Assembly: GCF_988242995.1 (NCBI RefSeq) | Contig: NZ_OZ547043.1 | Direction: 5' to 3' (one strand) | DNA length: 64,000 nucleotides | Part shown: positions 24,196 to 35,777 of the stretch, piece after piece | How the letters are laid out: every line of letters begins with the position of its first letter | Position numbering within the stretch: the first letter of the stretch is position 1 | The notes under the pieces: model-generated | What the model was told of the DNA's origin: nothing | The model's input: only the letters and a program-made list of their open reading frames with translations | Databases searched by the model: none | Program-made: the position numbers and the translations under genes

Positions 24196-24493
24196 TAATA
24201 CTTATATGTTCGATGATTTTAAGCACCGATACCATCCGGTCTTTTACCAAATAATGAAAAAGAATCCCTCCCTGGAAGATAATTGTAAAAAACAACAGAA
24301 TAAGAATTAATCTTAGGATAAATATTTATTTACCATGGCCTTTTGAACGCTGAAAAGTAGCGCTCTGCAAAGTAAATCCCGCTATAGTTATGCTATGCAT
24401 TTGTCTTTAATGATATCTCGTCATTATATTAACAGGCTGAAATTATCATTAATGCACATTTCAATATTAGCAGGGATACCTGAGGAGTTTAAA

Positions 24494-25546
24494 GTGAACA
24501 TATATATCGGGTGGCTTTTCAAATTAATCCCTTTAATTATGGGCTTGATTTGTATCGCGTTAGGTGGCTTTGTGCTGGAAAGTTCAGGGCAAAGCGAATA
24601 TTTCGTCGCGGGTCATGTGCTCATTTCTCTGGCAGCCATATGCCTGGCATTATTCACTACCGCATTTATTATCATTTCGCAGCTCACGCGCGGCGTTAAT
24701 ACGTTTTACAATACATTGTTCCCCATTATTGGCTATGCGGGGTCAATTATCACCATGATCTGGGGTTGGGCACTGTTAGCAGGCAATGATGTGATGGCAG
24801 ACGAGTTTGTTGCCGGCCATGTTATTTTTGGCGTTGGTATGATTGCCGCCTGTGTATCGACAGTGGCAGCGTCATCCGGTCACTTTCTGCTCATTCCCAA
24901 AAACGCAGCAGGGAGCAAGAGCGATGGAACACCGGTACAGGCTTATTCGTCATTAATCGGTAATTGCCTCATTGCCGTTCCCGTTTTACTCACCCTGCTC
25001 GGTTTCATTTGGTCTATTACGCTGTTACGTAGTGCCGACATAACTCCGCATTATGTCGCCGGTCACGTATTGCTTGGGTTAACCGCAATCTGTGCCTGTC
25101 TAATTGGCCTTGTTGCCACAATCGTCCATCAAACACGTAATACGTTCTCATCCAAAGAGCACTGGCTGTGGTGTTATTGGGTTATTATTCTCGGCTCAAT
25201 CACGGTGCTGCAGGGCATATACGTGTTAGTCAGCTCCGATGCAAGCGCCCGACTGGCTCCCGGCATTATCCTCATTTGCCTCGGAATGATCTGTTACAGC
25301 ATATTCTCAAAAGTCTGGCTACTGGCACTGGTCTGGAGACGTACCTGTTCGTTAGCCAACAGAATACCGATGATTCCCGTCTTCACCTGCCTGTTTTGCC
25401 TTTTCCTGGCATCGTTTCTTGCGGAAATGGCGCAGACCGATATGGGATATTTTATTCCTTCGCGGGTTCTGGTCGGTTTGGGAGCGGTATGCTTTACGTT
25501 GTTCTCAATCGTTTCAATATTAGAAGCGGGTTCTGCTAAAAAATAA
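24494..25546 (+). CDS. yhiM: inner-membrane protein YhiM (350 aa), GTG start
   Basis: Start GTG 24494 preceded by GAGGAG; polytopic membrane protein with repeated [FY]VAGHV motif; synteny. Confidence 0.8.
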   Translation: MNIYIGWLFKLIPLIMGLICIALGGFVLESSGQSEYFVAGHVLISLAAICLALFTTAFIIISQLTRGVNTFYNTLFPIIGYAGSIITMIWGWALLAGNDVMADEFVAGHVIFGVGMIAACVSTVAASSGHFLLIPKNAAGSKSDGTPVQAYSSLIGNCLIAVPVLLTLLGFIWSITLLRSADITPHYVAGHVLLGLTAICACLIGLVATIVHQTRNTFSSKEHWLWCYWVIILGSITVLQGIYVLVSSDASARLAPGIILICLGMICYSIFSKVWLLALVWRRTCSLANRIPMIPVFTCLFCLFLASFLAEMAQTDMGYFIPSRVLVGLGAVCFTLFSIVSILEAGSAKK

Positions 25547-25562
25547 TTGCAACGTACCGGAT

Positions 25563-25600
25563 AAAACCAGCGTTGATTATTTGCGTAACGCTGGTTTTTC
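25563..25600 (+). terminator. Rho-independent terminator after yhiM
   Basis: Stem ccagcgtt...aacgctgg followed by TTTTT. Confidence 0.7.
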
Positions 25601-25860
25601 TTAGGTATCATGAAATAACGCAGCATTAATGCATAGTGGTTAAGTATAAATAAACAGCAAAGTTGCTGATTTTTTCAACCTGTTCATATTTTATAAAGAT
25701 CTGGCCACTGGGGGAGTTTTAATCACCTTTCCTTCCACCTTATATTAAGCCTGGAGGGTTTCAGTTCACAGGCTCATTAGAAAATAATCACAAGATAACC
25801 ACTATCAAAATTAGCTCATTTTTAATGCGACCCTAATAATTTTCATCTTTAGATAATAGG

Positions 25861-27063
25861 TCAGGACGACTTCGCTTCGACCAAATCCTGCGCACAAGCC
25901 CACGCACTCGACCACGCCCACTGGAAGTTATAGCCCCCCAGCCAACCGGTGACGTCCATCACTTCGCCGATGAAGTACAGCCCAGGCACTTTGCGCGCTT
26001 CCATCGTCCGTGAAGAGAGTTCGTTGGTGTCCACGCCGCCGAGCGTCACTTCGGCAGTGCGATAGCCTTCAGTGCCGTTGGGTTGTACGCGCCAGTCGGT
26101 CAATGTGCTAATCAGTGCCTGTTGGTCACGTACGTTGAGCTGTTTTAGCGAGACATCCGGGATTTGCCCGAGTTGTTGTAAACGTTCAACCAACCGCTTC
26201 GGTAGATGAACCGCCAGTGTGTTTTTCAGGCTCTGATTCGGATGTGCATTACGCTGTTCATTCAGGAAGGTTTCGAGGTCCACATCCGGTAGCAGATTGA
26301 TACTGACAAATTCACCCGGTTGCCAGTAGCTGGAAATTTGCAACACCGCCGGTCCAGATAAGCCGCGGTGGGTGAAGAGTAAGTTCTCACGGAAAACGGT
26401 GCCGTTTTCAGCGGTAATCACGGAAGGCACCGCCACGCCTGCCAGCACCTGTAACTCTTCGAGCAACGGTTTATGCAGAGTGAATGGCACCAGACCCGCG
26501 CGGGTCGGCAGCACGTTGAGGCCAAATTGTTCGGCAATCTTATAACCAAACGGCGACGCGCCCAGCCCCGGCATTGACAGTCCACCGGTCGCGATGACTA
26601 GCTTTTCGCAACCGACAGTCATGCCGTTCAGTTCAAGCGTGAAGCCTGTATCATCCTTCTCCACGCTCAGCACTTCGCTACGCAATCTGAAGGTCACATT
26701 GCCCTTCTCGCACTCATCCACCAGCATGTCGACAATCTGCTGAGCGGAGTCATCGAAGAAGAGTTGCCCTAACGTTTTCTCGTGCCAGGCGATGCCGTGT
26801 TTATTGACCAGATCAATGAAATCCCACTGGGTAAAACGCGCGAGTGCAGACTTACAAAAATGCGGATTCTGGCTCAGATAAGCGCCCGGTTCGACATAAA
26901 GATTGGTAAAGTTGCAGCGCCCACCGCCAGACATGAGGATTTTGCGCCCTGGTTTTTTACCATTATCGATCAGCAGAACCCGGCGTCCTGCCTGACCTGC
27001 CAGCGCAGAACAGAACATACCCGCCGCACCAGCGCCTATAATAATGGCATCAAACCTTTCCAC
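25861..27063 (-). CDS. yhiN: FAD-dependent oxidoreductase YhiN (HI0933-like flavoprotein)
   Basis: 400 aa; N-terminal dinucleotide-binding motif DAIIIGAGAAGMFC. Confidence 0.88.
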   Translation of the reverse strand: MERFDAIIIGAGAAGMFCSALAGQAGRRVLLIDNGKKPGRKILMSGGGRCNFTNLYVEPGAYLSQNPHFCKSALARFTQWDFIDLVNKHGIAWHEKTLGQLFFDDSAQQIVDMLVDECEKGNVTFRLRSEVLSVEKDDTGFTLELNGMTVGCEKLVIATGGLSMPGLGASPFGYKIAEQFGLNVLPTRAGLVPFTLHKPLLEELQVLAGVAVPSVITAENGTVFRENLLFTHRGLSGPAVLQISSYWQPGEFVSINLLPDVDLETFLNEQRNAHPNQSLKNTLAVHLPKRLVERLQQLGQIPDVSLKQLNVRDQQALISTLTDWRVQPNGTEGYRTAEVTLGGVDTNELSSRTMEARKVPGLYFIGEVMDVTGWLGGYNFQWAWSSAWACAQDLVEAKSS

Positions 27064-27294
27064 GTTGCGCTCCTCTAAGAAAAAACGGGCGTGAATTGTA
27101 AAGATTCCTCAGTGGTCGCACCAGCATCAATATTACTAAAAGGAAGTATTTGCCTGAATTATATAAGATAATTATTTTTTGAGTGAAATCTATACAGGAG
27201 GCAAATCAAAAAAAGTCTATATTTCACTTTGCCCGCGCCGCGAAAGTCACTGATAATGCGCCGCGTTCATGTCCTCAAAATGGCGTAACGTCCT

Positions 27295-28794
27295 ATGCTA
27301 CATTTGTTTGCTGGCCTGGATTTGCATACCGGGCTGTTATTATTGCTTGCACTGGCTTTTGTGCTGTTCTACGAAGCCATCAATGGTTTCCATGACACAG
27401 CCAACGCCGTGGCAACCGTTATCTATACCCGCGCGATGCGTTCTCAGCTCGCCGTGGTTATGGCAGCGGTGTTCAACTTTTTGGGTGTTTTGCTGGGTGG
27501 TCTGAGTGTTGCCTATGCCATTGTGCATATGCTGCCGACGGATCTGCTGCTTAATATGGGATCGTCTCATGGCCTTGCCATGGTGTTCTCTATGTTGCTG
27601 GCGGCGATTATCTGGAACCTGGGTACCTGGTACTTTGGTTTACCTGCATCCAGCTCTCATACGCTGATTGGCGCGATCATCGGGATTGGTTTAACCAATG
27701 CGTTGATGACCGGGACGTCAGTGGTGGATGCACTCAATATCCCGAAAGTATTAAGTATTTTCGGTTCTCTGATCGTTTCCCCTATTGTCGGCCTGGTGTT
27801 TGCTGGCGGTCTGATTTTCTTGCTGCGTCGCTACTGGAGCGGCACCAAGAAACGCGCCCGTATCCACCTGACCCCAGCGGAGCGTGAAAAGAAAGACGGC
27901 AAGAAAAAGCCGCCGTTCTGGACGCGTATTGCGCTGATCCTTTCCGCTATCGGCGTGGCGTTTTCGCACGGCGCGAACGATGGTCAGAAAGGCATTGGTC
28001 TGGTTATGTTGGTATTGATTGGCGTCGCACCAGCAGGCTTCGTGGTGAACATGAATGCCACTGGCTACGAAATCACCCGTACCCGTGATGCCATCAACAA
28101 CGTGGAAGCTTACTTTGAGCAGCACCCTGCGCTGCTGAAACAGGCTACCGGTGCTGATCAGTTAGTACCGGCTCCGGAAGCTGGCGCAACGCAACCTGCG
28201 GAGTTCCATTGCCATCCGTCGAATACCATTAACGCGCTCAACCGCCTGAAAGGCATGTTGACTACCGATGTGGAAAGCTACGACAAGCTGTCGCTTGATC
28301 AACGTAGCCAGATGCGCCGCATTATGCTGTGCGTTTCTGACACTATCGACAAAGTGGTGAAGATGCCTGGCGTGAGTGCTGACGATCAGCGCCTGTTGAA
28401 GAAACTGAAGTCCGACATGCTTAGCACCATCGAGTATGCGCCGGTGTGGATCATCATGGCGGTCGCGCTGGCGTTAGGTATCGGTACGATGATTGGCTGG
28501 CGTCGTGTGGCAACGACTATCGGTGAGAAAATCGGTAAGAAAGGCATGACCTACGCTCAGGGGATGTCTGCCCAGATGACTGCGGCAGTGTCTATCGGCC
28601 TGGCGAGTTATACCGGGATGCCGGTTTCCACTACCCACGTACTCTCCTCTTCTGTCGCGGGGACGATGGTGGTAGATGGCGGCGGCTTACAGCGTAAAAC
28701 CGTGACCAGTATTCTGATGGCCTGGGTGTTTACCCTTCCGGCTGCGGTACTGCTTTCCGGCGGGCTTTACTGGCTCTCCTTGCAGTTCCTGTAA
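27295..28794 (+). CDS. pitA: low-affinity inorganic phosphate transporter PitA
   Basis: 499 aa polytopic protein starting [17 protein letters not shown]; synteny with uspB/uspA. Confidence 0.92.
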
Positions 28795-28809
28795 TCGCAC
28801 GCACCAAAA

Positions 28810-28842
28810 CGAGCGGGTCAGTTTACTGGCCCGCTTTTTTTA
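28810..28842 (+). terminator. Rho-independent terminator after pitA
   Basis: agcgggtcag...ctggcccgct stem followed by TTTTTTT. Confidence 0.75.
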
Positions 28843-28864
28843 TGCGTTATTTTTGCTGAATTGC

Positions 28865-29200
28865 TTAATGCCAAATCATCAATGCAATCAGACTGACCAC
28901 CACCAGACCACACAATGCGCTGGTCAGAATAAACTGCCGACGCACCCGCTCACAGCGGCGAATAAACTCATCATCGTGATGATCGCGATAACGTTGGGCA
29001 TAGATATACCAAACGAGACGCACCTGTTTGTTGGGTTGGCCATGTGAGGTAAAAAAGCCCCCTCCATCAACATATTGATAGAGCAATGGATCGCAGTTAC
29101 GCAGTACCACTAACAACGCGCGTAGTGATGAGAAATAGCGCGCCATGTTAACAATGCAAACGACACATAAAGCCCAAAATAATGCGACGGTGCTTATCAT
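28865..29200 (-). CDS. uspB: universal stress protein B
   Basis: 111-aa small membrane protein, divergent from uspA. Confidence 0.9.
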
Positions 29201-29590
29201 ACCTCCTCCCCGGCGACCTGCCCGCGGAGTTCCACCCCGGGGCTACCGCTCCCGATACGCTGCCAATCAGTTAACACCAGGTCCTGGAGAAACCGCTTTT
29301 GTGGTGACCAACATCCGAGCGGCTCTATAGATAGTGTAGGAGATCAGGTTGTTTTTTTTCCAGAAGGTTAACCACTATCAATATATTCATGTCGAAAATT
29401 TGTTTATCTAACGAGTAAGTAAGGCGGATTGACGGATCATCCGGGTCGCTATAAGGTAAGGATGGTCTTAACACTGAATCTTTACGGCTGGGTTAGCCCC
29501 GCGCACGTAGTTCGCAGGACGCGGGTGACGTAACGGCACAAGAAACGCTAGCTGGCCAGTCATCGACAACTTTATGGAAGGAGTAACACT

Positions 29591-30025
29591 ATGGCTTATA
29601 AACACATTCTCATCGCGGTCGATCTCTCCCCGGAAAGCAAAGTTCTGGTAGAGAAAGCAGTCTCTATGGCTCGCCCCTATAATGCGAAAGTTTCTCTGAT
29701 CCACGTAGATGTAAACTACTCTGACCTATACACCGGGCTTATTGATGTGAATCTGGGTGATATGCAGAAACGCATCTCTGAAGAGACACATCATGCGCTG
29801 ACCGAGCTTTCCACTAATGCAGGCTACCCAATCACTGAAACCCTGAGCGGCAGCGGCGATCTGGGCCAGGTTCTGGTCGATGCAATCAAGAAATACGATA
29901 TGGATCTGGTGGTTTGTGGTCACCACCAGGACTTCTGGAGCAAACTGATGTCTTCCGCACGTCAGCTGATCAACACCGTTCACGTTGATATGCTGATTGT
30001 TCCGCTGCGCGACGAAGAAGAATAA
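29591..30025 (+). CDS. uspA: universal stress protein A
   Basis: 144 aa starting [27 protein letters not shown]. Confidence 0.93.
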
Positions 30026-30050
30026 TCTTCCCTCTACGACGTGTTCCTGA

Positions 30051-30080
30051 ACGCCCGCATATGCGGGCGTTTTGCTTTTT
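30051..30080 (+). terminator. Rho-independent terminator after uspA
   Basis: acgcccgcat/atgcgggcgt perfect stem followed by tttgcttttt. Confidence 0.75.
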
Positions 30081-30340
30081 GGCGCGCCTTGTTACCTTGC
30101 AGCGTAAACACCTTATCTGGCCTACGGTCTGCCTACGCAATCAAAATCCCCTGCCAATACAACATTTAACACCATCATATTTTCCATCATTAGTGTGATC
30201 AGCTGGTTATTTTCTGTTGTAATAGTGTATTAATCTATTCACCGCATCAATATTAAGAATCTCTGACAGATGTAAACTTTTTCGCGCGTTATCCCTTACG
30301 CGTTCATACTTTTCAGGATGGTATTGGAAGGTTAATAAAT

Positions 30341-31810
30341 ATGAATACAACAACACCCATGGGGATGCTGCAGCAACCTCGCCCATTTTTCATGATCTTT
30401 TTTGTCGAGTTATGGGAGCGATTCGGCTACTACGGCGTGCAGGGCGTACTGGCGGTTTTCTTCGTTAAGCAGCTTGGATTCTCGCAAGAACAGGCTTTTG
30501 TCACTTTTGGTGCTTTTGCTGCGCTGGTCTATGGCCTCATTTCCATTGGCGGCTATGTCGGCGACCACCTGCTGGGGACCAAACGCACCATTGTCCTCGG
30601 AGCACTTGTGCTGGCGATTGGCTACTTCATGACCGGCCTGTCGCTACTTAAGCCTGACCTGATTTTCATCGCCCTGGGGACTATCGCTGTCGGTAACGGC
30701 CTGTTTAAAGCTAACCCAGCCAGCTTGCTTTCGAAGTGCTATCCGCCGAAAGATCCGCGGCTTGATGGCGCATTTACCCTGTTCTATATGTCGATCAACA
30801 TCGGCTCGTTGATAGCGTTATCGCTGGCCCCTGTGATCGCTGATAGATTCGGCTATTCAGTCACCTACAACCTGTGCGGTGCGGGATTAATTATCGCGCT
30901 ATTGGTTTACATCGCCTGTCGCGGAATGGTAAAAGACATTGGTTCTGAACCCGACTTCCGGCCGATGAGCTTCAGCAAACTGTTGTACGTGTTACTTGGC
31001 AGCGTGGTGATGATCTTCGTCTGTGCATGGCTGATGCACAACGTAGAAGTCGCCAATCTGGTGCTGATTGTTCTCTCCATCGTCGTCACCATCATTTTCT
31101 TTCGTCAGGCATTCAAGCTGGATAAAACCGGGCGCAATAAAATGTTTGTCGCCTTTGTCCTGATGCTCGAAGCGGTGGTGTTTTACATTCTCTACGCCCA
31201 GATGCCAACGTCGCTGAACTTCTTTGCCATCAACAACGTGCATCATGAAATTCTCGGCTTTTCCATCAACCCTGTCAGCTTCCAGGCGCTTAACCCGTTC
31301 TGGGTGGTACTCGCCAGCCCAATACTGGCAGGCATTTACACGCATCTGGGTAACAAAGGCAAAGACCTCTCGATGCCGATGAAATTTACTCTCGGCATGT
31401 TTATGTGCTCGCTGGGCTTTCTTACAGCCGCCGCTGCGGGAATGTGGTTTGCTGATGCACAAGGACTGACATCGCCATGGTTTATCGTGCTGGTGTACTT
31501 ATTCCAGAGCTTAGGTGAACTGTTTATTAGCGCCCTTGGCCTGGCGATGATTGCTGCCCTGGTGCCGCAGCATTTGATGGGCTTTATTCTCGGGATGTGG
31601 TTCCTGACACAGGCTGCCGCGTTCTTGCTGGGCGGCTATGTGGCAACATTTACCGCAGTACCAGACAACATTACCGATCCACTTGAGACGTTGCCCGTCT
31701 ATACCAACGTGTTTGGTAAGATTGGCCTGGTTACGCTGGGCGTTGCGGTGGTGATGCTGCTGATGGTGCCGTGGCTGAAACGAATGATTGCGACGCCCGA
31801 AAGCCATTAA
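30341..31810 (+). CDS. dtpB: proton-dependent di/tripeptide transporter DtpB (POT family)
   Basis: 489 aa, polytopic; POT-family N-terminal region ([17 protein letters not shown]). Confidence 0.9.
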   Translation: MNTTTPMGMLQQPRPFFMIFFVELWERFGYYGVQGVLAVFFVKQLGFSQEQAFVTFGAFAALVYGLISIGGYVGDHLLGTKRTIVLGALVLAIGYFMTGLSLLKPDLIFIALGTIAVGNGLFKANPASLLSKCYPPKDPRLDGAFTLFYMSINIGSLIALSLAPVIADRFGYSVTYNLCGAGLIIALLVYIACRGMVKDIGSEPDFRPMSFSKLLYVLLGSVVMIFVCAWLMHNVEVANLVLIVLSIVVTIIFFRQAFKLDKTGRNKMFVAFVLMLEAVVFYILYAQMPTSLNFFAINNVHHEILGFSINPVSFQALNPFWVVLASPILAGIYTHLGNKGKDLSMPMKFTLGMFMCSLGFLTAAAAGMWFADAQGLTSPWFIVLVYLFQSLGELFISALGLAMIAALVPQHLMGFILGMWFLTQAAAFLLGGYVATFTAVPDNITDPLETLPVYTNVFGKIGLVTLGVAVVMLLMVPWLKRMIATPESH

Positions 31811-31823
31811 TTATTCTTGCAGA

Positions 31824-31858
31824 AAGCAGGGTAGCGATAACGCTACCCTGCTTTACTT
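31824..31858. terminator. bidirectional hairpin between convergent dtpB and rsmJ
   Basis: aagcagggtagcg-ataa-cgctaccctgctt followed by T-rich run. Confidence 0.6.
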
Positions 31859-32611
31859 TTACACCGGCGTTCCGGCATAAATATCAAAGCGATGCCCTTT
31901 GGTCACTACCGCGTTTGGCGTGGCGACATTCGCCAGCGGCGGCGCGTAGTCCGGGCGCTTTACCACCACGCGTTTGGTCGCCAGCAAGCGTGCAGGCTCC
32001 AGTAATCCATCGGCATCAAGATCCGGCCCCACCAGCGACTGAAAGACACGCATCTCTTTTTTCACCAGCGCGCTTTTCTGCTTATGCGGGAACATCGGAT
32101 CGAGATAGACCACCTGCGGGCGCGGAGTAATATCGGTCAGCGCCGTCAGGCTGGAAGCGTGAATTAACTGCAACCGCTCCTGCAACCAGCCGCCGATTTC
32201 CGCATCCGCATAACCACGCGCCAGGCCGTCGTCGAGCAATGCGGCAACGACTGGATTACGCTCCAGCATCCGCACGCGGCAGCCGACTGAAGCCAACACA
32301 AAGGCATCGCGCCCAAGTCCTGCAGTGGCATCCACCACATCCGGCAAATAATCGCCTTTAATGCCCACCGCTTTCGCCACTGCCTCCCCACGTCCGCCGC
32401 CGAATTTGCGTCGGTGCGCCATCGCTCCGCCAACAAAATCAACAAAGATGCCACCAAGCTTCGGCTCATCACGCTTGCGCAGTTCCAGATGCTCCGGTGT
32501 TAACACCAGCGCCATCAGGTTGTCTTCATCGTGCTCCAGCCCCCAGCGGGCCGCCAGAACAGATAAGGCACCGTCTCCGGTGCCTGTTTCATCAATTAAG
32601 CAGATTTTCAC
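31859..32611 (-). CDS. rsmJ: 16S rRNA m2G1516 methyltransferase RsmJ (250 aa), GTG start
   Basis: Protein from (V)[13 protein letters not shown] matches remembered RsmJ; in-frame upstream extension in ORF track rejected because it overlaps prlC. Confidence 0.85.
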   Translation of the reverse strand: MKICLIDETGTGDGALSVLAARWGLEHDEDNLMALVLTPEHLELRKRDEPKLGGIFVDFVGGAMAHRRKFGGGRGEAVAKAVGIKGDYLPDVVDATAGLGRDAFVLASVGCRVRMLERNPVVAALLDDGLARGYADAEIGGWLQERLQLIHASSLTALTDITPRPQVVYLDPMFPHKQKSALVKKEMRVFQSLVGPDLDADGLLEPARLLATKRVVVKRPDYAPPLANVATPNAVVTKGHRFDIYAGTPV

Positions 32612-32618
32612 TGAATGA

Positions 32619-34661
32619 TCAGCCCTTAATGCCGTAATGCTCCAGCATCGCATCCAGTTGCGGTTCACGACCACGGAAGCGTTTGAACAGATCCATCGGC
32701 TCTTCTGAACCGCCACGGCTCAGAATGTTGTCGAGGAACGACTGTCCGGTTTCACGGTTGAAAATGCCCTCTTCCTCAAAGCGCGAGAAGGCATCTGCCG
32801 CCAGCACGTCGGCCCACAGGTAGCTGTAGTAACCTGCGGCATAACCACCGGCGAAAATATGGCTGAAAGCGTGCGGGAAACGGCCCCAGGATGGAGACGG
32901 TACTACGGCAACCAGTTTCTTGATTTCTGCCAGGGTTTCGAGGATTTTCGCCCCCTGCTCCGGGCGGAACTCGGCATGGAGGCGGAAATCGAACAGGCCG
33001 AACTCCAGCTGACGCAGGATAAACAGCGCCGCCTGGTAGTTCTTCGCCGCCAGCATTTTATCCAGCAACTCCTTCGGCAGCGGTTCGCCGGTTTCATAGT
33101 GACCGGAGATAAACGCCAGCGCCTCAGGCTCCCAGCACCAGTTTTCCATAAACTGGCTCGGCAGTTCGACCGCATCCCACGGCACCCCGCTGATCCCGGA
33201 TACACCGGCGGTTTCGATGCGGGTCAGCATATGGTGCAGGCCGTGACCGAACTCGTGGAACAGGGTGATCACTTCGTCATGGGTAAACAGCGCCGGTTTA
33301 CCATTTACCGGGCGGTTGAAGTTACAGGTCAGATACGCGACCGGTTTTTGCAGCGAACCGTCGGCTTTACGCATCTGGCCTACACAGTCATCCATCCACG
33401 CCCCGCCGCGCTTGTTTTCACGGGCATACAGGTCGAGGTAGAAGCTGCCGCGCAGTTCGTTGTTCTCGTCATACAGTTCGAAGAAACGTACATCCGGATG
33501 CCAGACATCAACATCTTTACGCTCTTTAGCGGTGATGCCGTAAATACGTTTCACCACTTCAAACAAGCCGTTAACCGCTTTGTTTTCCGGGAAGTACGGA
33601 CGCAGCTGTTCGTCACTGATGCTGTAGAGATGCTGTTTTTGTTTTTCGCTGTAGTAAGCGATATCCCACGGCTGCAACTCATCGACGCCAAATTCGGCTT
33701 TGACGAAGGCACGCAGTTGCGCCAGCTCTTTTTCGCCTTGTGGACGCGCGCGTTTTGCCAGATCGGTTAAGAAATCCAGCACCTGCTGCGGATTTTCTGC
33801 CATTTTAGTGGCAAGGGATTTAAAGGCGTAGTTTTCAAAGCCCAGCAGTTGCGCCAGTTCGTGACGCAGCGCGAGGATCTCTTCCATCACCTTGCTGTTG
33901 TCCCACGTACCGGCGTTCGGGCCTTGATCGGAAGCGCGGGTGCTGTAAGCACGATACATCTCTTCGCGCAGAGCCTGGTTGTCGCAGTAGGTCATTACCG
34001 GCAGGTAGCTTGGGATATCCAGCGTCAGCAAATAACCTTCCAGCTCTTTCGCTTCAGCCTGGGCTTTTGCCGCAGCCAGCGCGCTTTCGGGCATCCCCGC
34101 CAGTTCCGCTTCGTCGGTAACGAGTTTGGTCCAGCCCATTGTCGCGTCGAGAACGTTGTTGCTGTACTGGTTGCCCAGCTCGGAAAGACGAGTGGCAATC
34201 TCACCGTAACGCTGCTGTTTCTCTTTCGGCAGACCGATGCCAGAGAGTTCGAAGTCGCGCAGTGCGTTATCAACCGCTTTCTTCTGCGCCGTGTTCAGCG
34301 TGGCGTAATGATCGCCATCGCGCAGGTCGCGATATGCTTTATACAGCCCTTCATGTTGCCCTACCCAGGTGCTGTATTCCGACAGCAGCGGCAGAGTTTG
34401 TTCGTACGCTTCACGCAGTTCCGGGCTATTTTTCACCGAGTTCAGGTGGCTGACCGGGGAGAAGATACGCCCCAGCACATCGTCCACTTCCGCCAACGGC
34501 TGGCAGAGATTATCCCAGGTGTACGGTGCCCCTTGCGCTACTACGCGCTCCACATTTTCGCGGCAGTCGTTCAGCGCCTTAGTCACGGCTGGAACGACAT
34601 GTTCCGGGAGAATTTTAGAAAACGGAGGCAATTCAAAGGGAGTCAGTAACGGATTCGTCAT
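32619..34661 (-). CDS. prlC: oligopeptidase A (M3 family zinc metallopeptidase)
   Basis: 680 aa from [14 protein letters not shown]; zinc site HEFGH present. Confidence 0.93.
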   Translation of the reverse strand: MTNPLLTPFELPPFSKILPEHVVPAVTKALNDCRENVERVVAQGAPYTWDNLCQPLAEVDDVLGRIFSPVSHLNSVKNSPELREAYEQTLPLLSEYSTWVGQHEGLYKAYRDLRDGDHYATLNTAQKKAVDNALRDFELSGIGLPKEKQQRYGEIATRLSELGNQYSNNVLDATMGWTKLVTDEAELAGMPESALAAAKAQAEAKELEGYLLTLDIPSYLPVMTYCDNQALREEMYRAYSTRASDQGPNAGTWDNSKVMEEILALRHELAQLLGFENYAFKSLATKMAENPQQVLDFLTDLAKRARPQGEKELAQLRAFVKAEFGVDELQPWDIAYYSEKQKQHLYSISDEQLRPYFPENKAVNGLFEVVKRIYGITAKERKDVDVWHPDVRFFELYDENNELRGSFYLDLYARENKRGGAWMDDCVGQMRKADGSLQKPVAYLTCNFNRPVNGKPALFTHDEVITLFHEFGHGLHHMLTRIETAGVSGISGVPWDAVELPSQFMENWCWEPEALAFISGHYETGEPLPKELLDKMLAAKNYQAALFILRQLEFGLFDFRLHAEFRPEQGAKILETLAEIKKLVAVVPSPSWGRFPHAFSHIFAGGYAAGYYSYLWADVLAADAFSRFEEEGIFNRETGQSFLDNILSRGGSEEPMDLFKRFRGREPQLDAMLEHYGIKG

Positions 34662-34863
34662 TAGCGCAGTCCTGGTTAAAGAGGTTAAGGAAGCGCTCAA
34701 CAGGCGCTTTACATAATGTTTGTAGCATGGGGTTAAGTGTAGTGAATTTCAATGAGAAACGTTACGCTTTCGCGGCGGCGGCCTCTTTTCGGTATACTGT
34801 CCTGATAGGCTTTTGTGCGCCCCGAATACGGGCCGATTTTTACTTACCGGAACACCTTTACCC

Positions 34864-35706
34864 ATGCTCAGTTATCGCCACAGCTTTCACGCTGGCAACC
34901 ACGCCGACGTCCTTAAACATACCGTTCAGAGCCTGATCATCGAGTCGCTGAAAGAGAAAGATAAACCGTTTCTCTATCTCGATACCCACGCAGGGGCCGG
35001 GCGTTATCAGTTAGGCAGCGAACATGCCGAGCGTACCGGCGAATATCTCGAAGGTATCGCCCGTATCTGGCAGCAGGACGATTTGCCTGCAGAGCTGGAG
35101 GCGTACATCAATGTGGTAAAACACTTCAACCGTAGCGGTCAGTTGCGTTACTACCCCGGTTCGCCGTTGATTGCTCGTCAGTTACTGCGTGAACAGGACA
35201 GCCTGCAACTGACCGAACTGCACCCGAGCGATTACCCGTTGCTGCGTTCTGAATTTCAGAAAGACAATCGTGCGCGCGTCGAAAAAGCCGATGGTTTCCA
35301 GCAGCTTAAGGCCAAGCTGCCGCCGGTTTCCCGCCGTGGTTTAATCCTTATCGACCCGCCGTATGAAATGAAAACCGACTATCAGGCGGTGGTCAGCGGG
35401 ATAGCAGAAGGCTATAAACGTTTCGCCACGGGCACTTACGCACTGTGGTATCCAGTGGTGTTGCGCCAGCAAATTAAGCGCATGATCCACGACCTGGAAG
35501 CGACCGGCATTCGCAAAATTCTGCAAATTGAACTGGCGGTACTGCCAGACAGCGATCGCCGTGGCATGACCGCTTCCGGCATGATTGTGATTAATCCGCC
35601 GTGGAAGCTGGAACAGCAAATGAATAACGTGCTGCCGTGGCTGCACAGCAAACTGGTTCCGGCTGGTACCGGGCACGCCACCGTAAGCTGGATCGTGCCG
35701 GAGTAA
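34864..35706 (+). CDS. rlmJ: 23S rRNA m6A2030 methyltransferase RlmJ (280 aa)
   Basis: Protein from MLSYRHSFHAGNHADVLKH; catalytic DPPY motif (LILIDPPYE) present. Confidence 0.88.
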   Translation: MLSYRHSFHAGNHADVLKHTVQSLIIESLKEKDKPFLYLDTHAGAGRYQLGSEHAERTGEYLEGIARIWQQDDLPAELEAYINVVKHFNRSGQLRYYPGSPLIARQLLREQDSLQLTELHPSDYPLLRSEFQKDNRARVEKADGFQQLKAKLPPVSRRGLILIDPPYEMKTDYQAVVSGIAEGYKRFATGTYALWYPVVLRQQIKRMIHDLEATGIRKILQIELAVLPDSDRRGMTASGMIVINPPWKLEQQMNNVLPWLHSKLVPAGTGHATVSWIVPE

Positions 35707-35777
35707 TTGCAGCCATTGCTGGCACCTATTACGTCTCGCGCTACAATCGCGGTAATCAACGATAAGGACACTCTGTC

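Noticed and set aside
32859-34649. Two long plus-strand ORFs (303 aa and 266 aa)
   Set aside because: Antisense to prlC (oligopeptidase A with HEFGH zinc site); no independent support.
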